Positions 30,100-45,898 of a DNA stretch of 64,000 nucleotides are shown one piece after another. The position numbers were made by a program, and so were the translations under genes. This DNA comes from the human T2T-CHM13v2.0 reference genome, Homo sapiens. A model generated the notes under the pieces. It was not told the DNA's origin. It ran no database searches and saw nothing but the letters and a program-made list of their open reading frames with translations. The stretch lies in NCBI RefSeq assembly GCF_009914755.1, contig NC_060941.1, one strand, 5' to 3'. Position 1 is the stretch's first letter. Every line of letters begins with the position of its first letter.

Positions 30100-30907
30100 A
30101 GCATGTTTAATTTTTAAGCAACAGCATCAACTGTTTGCAGAGTGTCTGTACCATTTTACATGTATGACTGATTCTGTTTCTTTGAACACTCACCAGCATT
30201 TATTTTAGCCATTTTGATAGGTGTGCTAACTTTTCGTGGTTTTAGTTTGCATTTCCCTAATGGCTAATGATGTTGAACATCTTTTCACATGCTTATTTGT
30301 CATCTGTATATCTTTTTCCATGAAATATTTCTTCATGTCTTTTGCCCATGCTGTACTTTTAGTGTTTGCTTTCTAATTGTTCAGTTTTTAAAGTTCTTTA
30401 TACATTCTAGGTACTACTCCTTTGTCAAATATGTGATTTGCAAATATATATCATGTATAGTTCACAGCTTGTCTTTTTCTCCTCTGTTCTTTTGCAGAAC
30501 ATAATTTTTTTAATCAATTTATTAATTTCTCTTTAATGGATCATGTTTTTGGTGCTACCTAAGAACTCTTTGGTCTTACATGCTAAAGATTTTCTTCCAT
30601 TTTTTTCTAAAAGTTTTATAGTTTTATATTTTATATTTAAGTTTGTAATTTATTTTTTTGATTCTTTTTTGTTTGTTTTGTTTTGTTTTCTTTCTTTTTT
30701 TTATTATACTTTAAGTTTTAGGGTACATGTGCACATTGTGCAGGTTAGTTACATATCTATACATGTGCCATGCTGGTGCACTGCACCCACTAACTCGTCA
30801 TCTAGCATTAGGTATATCTCCTAATGCTATCCCTCCCCACTCCCCCGACCCCACCACAGTCCCCAGAGTGTGATATTCCCCTTCCTGTGTCCATGTGATC
30901 TCATTGT

Positions 30908-34761
<3,854 letters not shown>

Positions 34762-34797
34762 TTAGTTGATGCAGTTTCTTCCTAGTCTCGATGGTCT

Positions 34798-35814
34798 TTA
34801 CATTTTGGCATGATTTTGCAGCAGCTGGTACCAGTTGTTCCTTTCCATGTTTAGTGCTTCCTTCAGGAGCTCTTTTAGGGCAGGCCTGGTGGTGACAAAA
34901 TCTCTCAGCATTTGCTTGTCTGTAAAGTATTTTATTTCTCCTTCACTTATGAAGCTTAGTTTGGCTGGATATGAAATTCTGGGTTGAAAATTCTTTTCTT
35001 TAAGAATGTTGAATATTGGCCCCTACTCTCTTCTGGCTTGTAGGGTTTCTGCCGAGAGATCTGCTGTTAGTCTGATGGGCTTCCCTTTGAGGGTAACACG
35101 ACCTTTCTCTCTGGCTGCCCTTAACATTTTTTCCTTCATTTCAACTTTGGTGAATCTGACAATTATGTGTCTTGGAGTTGCTCTTCTCGAGGAGTATCTT
35201 TGTGGCGTTCTCTGTATTTCCTGAATCTGAACGTTGGCCTGCCTTGTTAGATTGGGGAAGTTCTCCTGGATAATATCCTGCAAAGTGTTTTCCAACTTGG
35301 TTCCATTCTCCCCATCACTTTCAGGTACACCAATCAGACGTAGATTTGGTCTTTTCACATAGTCCCATATTTCTTGGAGGCTTTGCTCATTTCTTCTTAT
35401 TCTTTTTTCCCTAAACTTCCCTTCTCGCTTCATTTCATTCATTTCATCTTCCATCGCTGATACCCTTTCTTCCAGTTGATCGCATCGGCTCCTGAGGCTT
35501 CTGCATTCTTCACGTAGTTCTCGAGCCTTGGTTTTCAGCTCCATCAGCTCCTTTAAGCACTTCTCTGTATTGGTTATTCTAGTTATACATTCTTCTAAAT
35601 TTTTTTCAAAGTTTTCAACTTCTTTGCCTTTGGTTTGAATGTCCTCCCATAGCTCAGAGTAATTTGATCGTCTGAAGCCTTCTTCTCTCAGCTCGTCAAA
35701 GTCATTCTCCATCCAGCTTTGTTCCGTTGCTGGTGAGGAACTGCATTCCTTTGGAGGAGGAGAGGCGCTCTGCATTTTAGAGTTTCCAGTTTTTCTGTTC
35801 TGTTTTTTTCCCAT
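34798..35814 (-). pseudogene. L1 ORF1, disrupted
   Basis: MGKKQNRKTGNSK...; TGG>TAG nonsense at codon 264 (35023-35025); native TAA at 34798-34800 gives the 338-aa length. Confidence 0.93.
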
Positions 35815-36269
35815 CTTTGTGGTTTTATCTACTTTTGGTCTTTGATGATGATGATGTACAGATGGGTTTTTGGTGTGGATGTCTTTTCTGTTTGTTAGTT
35901 TTCCTTCTAACAGACAGGACCCTCAGCTGCAGGTCTGTTGGAATACCCTGCCGTGTGAGGTGTCAGTGTGCCCCTGCTGGGGGGTGCCTCCCAGTTAGGC
36001 TGCTCGGGGGTCAGGGGTCAGGGACCCACTTGAGGAGGCAGTCTGCCCGTTCTCTGATCTCCAGCTGTGTGCTGGGAGAACCACTGCTCTCTTCAAAGCT
36101 GTCAGACAGGGACATTTAAGTCTGCAGAGGTTACTGCTGTCTTTTTGTTTGTCTGTGCCCTGCCCCCAGAGGTGGAGCCTACAGAGGCAGGCAGGCCTCC
36201 TTAAGCTGTGGTGGGCTCCACCCAGTTCGAGCTTCCCGGCTGCTTTGTTTACCTAAGCAAGCCTGGGCA

Positions 36270-36485
36270 ATGGCGGGCGCCCCTCCCCCAGCCTCGCTGC
36301 CGCCTTGCAGTTTGATCTCAGACTGCTGTGCTAGCAATCAGCGAGACTCTGTGGGCGTAGGACCCTCCAAGCCAGGTGCGGGATATAATCTAGTGGTGCG
36401 CCGTTTTTTAAGCCGGTCTGAAAAGTGCAATATTCGGGTGGGAGTGACCCGATTTTCCAGGTGCATCCGTCACCCCTTTCTTTGA
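36270..36485 (+). CDS. L1 ORF0, 71 aa, antisense ORF in the L1 5' UTR; intact
   Basis: MAGAPPPASLPPCSLISDCCASNQRDSVGVGPSKPGAGYNLVVRRFLSRSEKCNIRVGVTRFSRCIRHPFL matches the known primate ORF0; Kozak gcaATGg; expression at this locus unknown. Confidence 0.75.
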   Translation: MAGAPPPASLPPCSLISDCCASNQRDSVGVGPSKPGAGYNLVVRRFLSRSEKCNIRVGVTRFSRCIRHPFL

Positions 36486-36854
36486 CTCGGAAAGGGAACT
36501 CCCTGACCCCTTGCACTTCCCAAGTGAGGCAATGCCTCGCCCTACTTCGGCTTGTGCACTGTGCGCGCACCCACTGACCTGCGCCCACTGTCTGGCACTC
36601 CCTAGTGAGATGAACCCAGTACCTCAGATGGAAATGCAGAAATCACCTGTCTTCTGCGTCGCTCACGCTGGGAGCTGTAGACCAGAGCTGTTCCTATTCG
36701 GCCATCTTGGCTCCTCCTCTTGTAATTTATTCGAGTTAATTTTTAGGGGTTTTTTTCCTCTAGATGTCTAATTGCTCTAGAACAATTTGTTTAAAGGGAT
36801 AGCATTCCTCTATTGAATTGTTGGTGTACCTCTATCAAAAATTGGCTAGGGATA

Positions 36855-37285
36855 CAGCCAATCCTTAAACAATGCAAGGGTTAGGAGCAGCAAACCTCCA
36901 CACAGCTAAAAATATGCATATAACATTTGACTCCCCCAAAACTTAACTACATATATTCTACTGTTGACTGGAAGACTTATCAATAAAATAAGCAGTCAAT
37001 TAACACATATTTTGTATGTTATATGTATTATATATTGCATTTTTATAATAAAGCAAGCTGAAGAAAAGAAAATGCTATTAAGAAAATCATAAGAAATAGA
37101 AAATATATTTACTGTTCATTAAGTGGAAGTGGATCACCATAAAGATGTTCATCCTGGTTGTCTTCATGTCGAGTAAGCTGAAGAGGAGGAGGAAGAGGAG
37201 GGGTTAGTCTTGCCATCTCATTAGTGGCAGAGGCAGAAGAAAATCCACATATAAGTGGACCTGTGCACTTCAAACCTATCAACTG
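36855..37285. mobile_element. Tigger2a-like element, opposite orientation to the copy at 3269-3704
   Basis: Reverse-complement similarity to 3269-3704 (aagtggaagtggatcaccataaag...gaggaggaggaagaggag); TA-flanked ends. Confidence 0.78.
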
Positions 37286-39196
37286 TATTTGTGTAGGTCT
37301 ATTTCTAGGTTCTTTGTTTTAATCCGTTCATTCAGCTGTCCATTCCTCCTCCAATACCACACAGCCTTGATTACTGTAGCTACATCATAAATCTTGAAAT
37401 TAAATAGACTGATTCCATCCACTTCATTCTTTGAAATTGTTTTAGCTATTCTAGTTCTTTTGTCTTTCTGTATACATTTTGGAAGATCTTATTGATATCT
37501 ACTTTTTTAAAAACCTGCTGTGGTAAGCCCTGTACATGTTTTTTAAATTTACACCTAAGTATGTTTTAGAGAGATTGTAAATGACATTTATTTCAATTTC
37601 TGTGTCCATGCATTCATTGCCAATATATAGAATACAGCTGATTGTGTATGTTTATCTTGTAGCTTCCAATCTTTCAAAACTCATTCATTAGTTCTCAGAG
37701 TTTGCTTGCTTATTTGTTTGTTTGTATTCATAGATTCCTTGAGATTTTCTATGTAGATAATCATGCTACCTACAAACAGAGACAGTTTTATTTCTTCCTT
37801 TCCTTTATTTTTTTTTCTTGCCTTATTGTGCTGGTTAAAACTTTGAGCACTGTGTAGAGTAAGCAGTGAGATTTAGTATTTCCAGTTCAGGGGAAAGCAT
37901 TCGATCTTTCACTGTCATTTATATTTTCAAAGAACCAGCTCTTTGTTTCACTATTTCACATTGTTTTCTTCATTATTATTCTGTTTTCAATTTCATTGAT
38001 TTCTGCTTTTATATTTATTATTTCCTTCCTTGCGCTTGCTTTTAGTTTATTTTTCTCCTCTTTTTCTAGGTTCTTGAGGTGGGAGCTTAGATAATTAATT
38101 GAGACTTTTCCTCTTTTCAAATGTATGCATTTAATGCTATGACTTTCCCTCTCATCACAGCTTTAATTGTGTCTCGCAAGTTTTGACATGTTGTATTTTC
38201 ATTTTCATTCATTTCAATGCATTTTTAAAAAATTTCCCTTAAGTATTCTTTGATGACCTAGAGATTATTCAAAAGTATGCTGTTTAGTTTCCAAGTGTTT
38301 GAAGATTCCCCAGTTATCTTTCTGTCATTAATTTCTAGTTTGAGTCCATTGCAGTTGGAGAACATACTCTATGATTTCAACTCTTATAAATTTGTTGAGA
38401 TTGTTTTATGGCTCAAGATGTGGTCCATCTTGAAATATATTCCATGGACACTTGAAATGAATGTGTATTTTACTATTGTTGGATGGACTGTTCTATAAAC
38501 GTTAATTAGATCCTGTTGGTTGATGGTGTTTTTGAGTTCTTCCATATCTTTGTTGATTTTCTACTCATTTTAGTTCTTTTCTGTCAGCACTTGAAAAATA
38601 ATGAGAAATCCACTGTAGTTTTAATTGTTTTCCCCTAAAGATAAAGTTTTTCTTTCTCTTGTTGCATTTACAACTTTTTCTTTATCTTTACTTTTCAGAA
38701 GTTTAACTACTATGTGTGTTGGCACAAATTTCTTTGAGCTTATCCTGTTTGGGATTTGTTCACCTTCTTGAATTTGTAGGTTTATGTCTCTCGGTTAATT
38801 GGGGAGATTTTCAACTATATTGTTTTTGAGTACTTTTTCACCCCTGCCCTCTTTCATCTTTCCTTCTAGGACTCTGGTGAGATGAATATTAGATAATTTG
38901 TTTTAGTCCCACAGGTCCCTTAAGCTCTGTTAAATTTTTAGGCTTTTCCAGTGTATTTTCTCTGTTGTTTGGATTGGACATTTCCTAATGTTCTATCTTC
39001 TAGTTCACTGATACTTTTCTTTTTACCTCCGTTCTGCTGTTGAGCCATCAACTGAGCCTTTTATTTTGGTTATTGGGTTTTTGAGTTCCAAAATTCACAT
39101 ATATCATTGTATCTTTTATTTATTTGTGGCACTTTCTACTCTTTCATTTGTTTAAAGTATATTTTAAACATACACTTTATGTTTTGCTCATTGACT

Positions 39197-39485
<289 letters not shown>

Positions 39486-40154
39486 TTCATTGATGTATTT
39501 TTATCATGACTTGCTTTAAACTCTTTGTCAGATAATTCTAACATATCTGATATCTCAACGTTGGCATTTATTGATTGTCTTTTTTCATCCAGTTACATAT
39601 CCTCCTGGTTTTTGTATGTTAAGTGATTTTTATTAGTATCTGGCCCTGTTTGTATTATGTTATGAAACTCTGGATCTTATGTAATCTTTTGTTTTGGCTG
39701 GCTTTCTCTGACATTGTTCTAGCAAGGGACTAGGGGCTACCTCATTACTGTCACATGAAGGTAGATTAGTTCCCCTATTCAACCTGTGCTGACAATCAAG
39801 GTAGGGGAGCACATCATTACTGCTGAGCAGAGATGAGAACTCCAGCCCTTCACATGGTCTACACTGGCACTCTATGTCTATGTCTGTTGGGGACGGGGGT
39901 CATTACTGGCTGGCAGAGATTAGGGTTTCACAGCCCTACTTGGCCTTCTCAGACATTAACTCAGTGGGAGGTGTTAGGGAAACTCATTACAGCTTCTCAG
40001 GGATGGAAGTCTATCTCCTCACCCGGCTTTTACTGGAGTGATTGGCAGTGAAGCTGTAGTTGTTTCTGGAGCACAGCAGATACCATCTAAATGTTTTTCT
40101 TCTTGCTAAGCCACCTCTTTTCTGACCCTTTAGGTAGAGAGAAGCATTTATTGG

Positions 40155-40156
<2 letters not shown>

Positions 40157-40185
<29 letters not shown>
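40157..40185. repeat. (TG)n microsatellite
   Basis: Direct inspection. Confidence 0.9.
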
Positions 40186-41780
40186 CATCCACTAGAGTTT
40201 CAGAGTTACAGGCTTCTCAAGCTCCAAGTCTGGGGGGTACTTGCAGCACAAAGAAAACCCAGAGAACCCCACCTTATTGTTCCTTAAGTCCTGAGGCTTC
40301 TAGCCTGGCTGCTTTCTTCACTCCACCTTTCAGAGTCCTCTCGTGTTTGCTTTATATATAATATCCAGAATTTTTAGTTGTACTTAGCAGAAAGAATATG
40401 GAAAAGTATGTCCACTCCATCTTCCCAGTCAGCAAATCTTCAACTGGGTTTTAACTAAACATAATAAATGCATTTAAAGACATAAAGGAAGCTATTACCA
40501 ATATAGACAAATACAAAAACACACACACACACAACATGAATAAGAACCAACCAGAGACTATCCTGCAACGGCATTAACATTTTGGTTTTGATCATTGGGC
40601 TGTGACAAGAAACACACACTGAAGTACATAGGGATAAAGTGGTATTTAGTGATAAAGGGAAATTCTATCTGCAACTTACTTTTAAAAACCAACAGTAGTA
40701 ACACATATATGTATAGAAATAATGTTAAAGAAGCATGGTAAAATGTTAACATTTGAGGAATCCAAGTGAAGGCATATGGGAATCCTTTGTACTGTGTTTA
40801 CAATTTTCTATGAGTATGAAATTATTTCAAAATGAAAAATTAATAAAAACAAACATGTATAATGGGGTAGGAGACACAAGCAGGCATAATATCTGATACT
40901 AAATTAATAATAGAGCATATAGTCATTAAAGTACACAATAAGTGAGATAAGCTGCAGAAGATATACTGACTTGGAAGACCAAAATGGAAGAATCTCTAAT
41001 GTTAAGGAAAAAATGTGTAACTCAATTATAATGAAAATATTACATATCAAGACTTGTGGGGTGTTATAAAATGATCTTTGATAAAATGTACACACTTTAA
41101 ATAGCCTTTAATATTTAAATATTAAACAAGAATAAAACCTAAAAATAAATGAACTAAGTGTTCACCTAAGTGAATAAGAAAAAGGAAAACAACCAAAATA
41201 GCATAAAATGTAAATCAATGAACTAGTTAAAAATGATATCACAGAGAAGATGAACAAAGCCAAAATTTCTTTTTCAAAAAAAATACCAATAAATGATAAG
41301 CCATTGACAAGATTGATCAAGAAATGTAAAGAAGACACAAATAAATAATATTCTGGATGAAAATGAGAACATATCCAGCAATAAAGCTGAAAATGTTCCA
41401 TAATCAAAGGAATCATAATCAAAGCTGTTTCCAGTATTTACATGGAAAAGTATTTACATGGAAAAGATGAACTTGGATTCTGATCACTCATCATGTAGGA
41501 AAAAAATCAATTCCAGGTGTATCAATATCTTGAAGGTCAAAAAAAATCTTAAATCCTCACTAGATGATTTATGTGATTTTTTTTATTTTTAGGTAGATAA
41601 ATACCTCCTGACCAAGACAAAAATATTATTATTCGAAAAGAAATGACTGATAATTTTAACTGGATAAAGCTTTAGAAAACTTAACCATCAAAAATCACAT
41701 TTCAGACTGAGAGAAGGAATTGTGATAAACCCCTTTAACGCCTATCTCTCCTCTGCTCTCTATGTGGACTCTATTTCTTC

Positions 41781-41850
41781 TGGCATTTGGCCATAACAGC
41801 TGCAGCTGCTGCAGCAGGTGGACTGGCAGCAGGATGTGCTGCAGCAGCAA
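41781..41850 (-). pseudogene. Isolated inverted KRTAP9 coding fragment (CCCSTSCCQSTCCSSCSCYGQ)
   Basis: Reverse complement aligns to 42838-42905 of the neighbouring pseudogene. Confidence 0.75.
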
Positions 41851-42522
41851 TTTTGAAAACATACAAACCCACGTGTTTCTTTTTTTACCCCATGTGTCTT
41901 CCTTCAAGGATCATAACCCAAAGCTGATTGTCATCCAATATCTGCAAACAGTTGTTTTATATATTTACAAAGCTTTTATTATTGTTTATAGCAGGAGGAT
42001 AAATCTTATACTAGCTTCTACATTACAGGTGGCATCACAAGCCCTCCCTAAACTTGGTTTTTAACTCATCACCATGACTCAACATCATCCTATCTTCAGA
42101 GGTACTTTCCAAAGTAAATAGCAATAAGGAAAAACAGATGGTGACTAACAATTGTCCTGACATCTCACTAAGCTACATAGGACCTGTTAGATGACCAAAT
42201 ACTGTACTCAGCTTTAAAAATGAGGATCAGTGCTTAATTGGTAGGGAGAATGATTCATTTCTCAGTTCAGGAAAATAGTCCTGACTGGTTATTTGTCAAT
42301 TAAGAAAGCAAATAAATCAATTACTCAAAGAAAATTCACAGCACTGAATAGACAACTTCCTCCTTGGGACATTTCCCAAAAGACTAGAGAAGTATCAAAG
42401 ACAAGTTCTGCTCATTAATCCAAACTTTGGGGTACCATGTATAAAAGGTTCAGATTGAATAACGTTATCAAACTCTAGGAAACTCACCTCTGAACAGGAG
42501 TGCACCCTCCACCCCTGACGCC

Positions 42523-43087
42523 ATGACCCACTGCTGCTCCCTTTGCTGCCAGCCTACGACGTGCTGCAGGACCACCTGCTGTGTGTCCAGCTGCTGCCAG
42601 TCTTGTTGCCACCCCCCCAGTTGCTGCAACACATCCTGCTGCCAACCTAGCTGCTGTGCACCCGTCTACCAGAGAACGTGCTACCATTCCATGTGTGTCT
42701 GCCTGCCTAGTTGCCTAGACCAGATATGTGGATCCAGCTGCTGCCAGCCCTGCTGCCTGCTGCCCAGCCTACTGTGAGGCCACCTGCTGCAGGACCACTT
42801 GCTGCCAGTACACCTGTGTGACAAGCTGCTGCCAGTCTTCCTGCTGCAGCACACCCTGCTGCCAGCCCACCTGCTGTGGGTCCAGCTGTTACGGCCAAAC
42901 TGGCAGTGGGTCCAGCTGCTGCCAGCCCAGCTTCTGTGCACCCATCTACTACAGGAGAACTTGCTACCACCCCATGTGTGTCTGCCTGACAGGTTGCCTA
43001 AACCAGAGCTATGGATCCAGCTGCTGCTAGCCCTGCTGCCAATCAGCCTGTTGTGTGTCTAGGGGCTGCCAGCCTTGCAGTTATTGA
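42523..43087 (+). pseudogene. KRTAP9-12P: KRTAP9-family pseudogene (probably KRTAP9-12P)
   Basis: [18 protein letters not shown] start; TATAAAA at 42440-42446; frameshift at ~42757 (extra CTGC) giving a stop at 42775-42777; CAG>TAG at 43028-43030; ancestral TGA at 43085-43087; AATAAA at 44168-44173. Confidence 0.8.
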
Positions 43088-43158
43088 TCAACTTACCACA
43101 GATTACTACCTGCATAGAATAAACTTCCATCATCAGACCAGCCAGGTATCCATTTATT

Positions 43159-43463
<305 letters not shown>

Positions 43464-43741
43464 AGATATCCATTTCTATGGCAAACTCACTCCACTTCCT
43501 CTGCTGATAACATACATACTGTCACTAAACTGTCAGTCATCTTCTTGTTAACAAATTATGAACTTGCTTAATGAGTGTAGCCTTTTTCACTCCGATAGTC
43601 TCTTCATTGAGCCAGCTGCTGGTCAGCTTCATCTGTTCTTGACCTGGATTTATGATCTGAGCGTTGACAAAATTATCTTTGTTTTTTTACTCTAGGAAAA
43701 TTTCTAAAAAGAAAAAAAATTCTCATAGCTGTCTTATTAAA

Positions 43742-44087
<346 letters not shown>

Positions 44088-44837
44088 TAATACTCACTTT
44101 TGTGACTTTCCATGACAACTCTGTATTATCTTCTTAGCAGAAAGGAGCATTGCTTTATTTATTTCCTAATAAAGCGTTTACTATAGTGCCTCCTGTGTTG
44201 TGTTTTGTTTTGTTTCAGTGATTGTTTTGCATCTCACATATATTATCTCATCTAAGTCACATAGAAGCCTCAAACTTGGACAGAACCAAGATGAGTAAAG
44301 TGGCCTGCATCGTGTCATGTAGCTAAGGATGGACAGAATTGGCTCTAGGCTCAGGGTTTCTGATTTCACCTCTACTGATGTCACATTTACAGAATTATAC
44401 TAAGGACTTAGAACCGGGAAGGGGTGCACTCGAAGTTGTTCTCTGACAATGGAAACACCAATTCCACGCATTTGCAGACCATTTTCTACTAACAAAGTTC
44501 TTTCCAAATTCATTCCCCTAACCAATAGCCACATCTTAAGAGCAACAACTCGTTTTAAGAGCCCTCGTGAATCATGTGAACATTTTATATTCTCAGTCTC
44601 TTGTCAGGCACTGGTGAAGTTCTTTAAATATTTTTGAGCACCCATTGTGTTCCTGCCTCTGTCCTGGGACTTTGGTGTGAGAGGCTCATCTAGAAATACT
44701 TGTTTGTTGAAATAATGGAATTGGCATTCTGTTTGTCCTCATTCTTCTGGTCACCTAAATAAATGGTAATAGAAGTTTAAGTCATGGCCCAAAAAACTTA
44801 GGCCACATTTCATTTGCACCCAAACTTTGAGAGATAA

Positions 44838-45221
<384 letters not shown>

Positions 45222-45329
45222 CCACAATTATAATCATTTTTACATATACAGTTCAGTGGAAGTAAGTACACTCATGTTGTTAGACAACCATCATCTGTCT
45301 CCAGAAATTTTAAAAAATTTTTTAAATTA

Positions 45330-45898
45330 TTTATTTTTTATTTTATCAACTTTTATTTTAAGTTCTGGGATACGTGTGCAGGATGTGCAGGTTTGTTACA
45401 TAGGTAAATGTGCCATGGTGGTTTGCTACACAGATCAACCCATCACCCAAGTATTAAGCCCAGAACCCATTAACTGTTCTTCCTGATGCCCTCCCTCTCA
45501 TTGCCTGCAACAGGCCCCAGTATGTGTTGTTCTCCCACCCCAACGTTTGTCCATGTGTTCCCATCATTCAGCTCCCACTTATAAATGAAAACATGTCATT
45601 TTGGTTTTCTGTTCCTGTGTTAGTTTGCTGAGAATAACAGCTTCTAGCTCCATCCATGTCCCTACAAAGGACATGATCCAGTTCCTTTTTATGGCTGCAT
45701 AGTATTCCATTGTGTACATGTATCATATTTTCTTTATCCAGTCTACTCTTGATGGGCATTTGGGTTGGTTCCATGTCTTTGCTATTGTGAGTAGTGCTGC
45801 AGTGAACATATGCATGCATGTATCTTTATGATAGAATGATTTCTATTCCTTTGGGTATATATCCAGTAAAGGGATTGCTGAATCAAATGGTATTTCTG
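45330..45898 (-). mobile_element. Older L1PA (PA13-16-like) 3' end
   Basis: Antisense 3' UTR cagatcaacccatcacccaagtattaagcccag and ORF2 end; stops abruptly at 45898. Confidence 0.8.

Noticed and set aside
41433-41464. 16-bp exact tandem duplication agtatttacatggaaa
   Set aside because: Ordinary slippage inside decayed L1 sequence with no functional context
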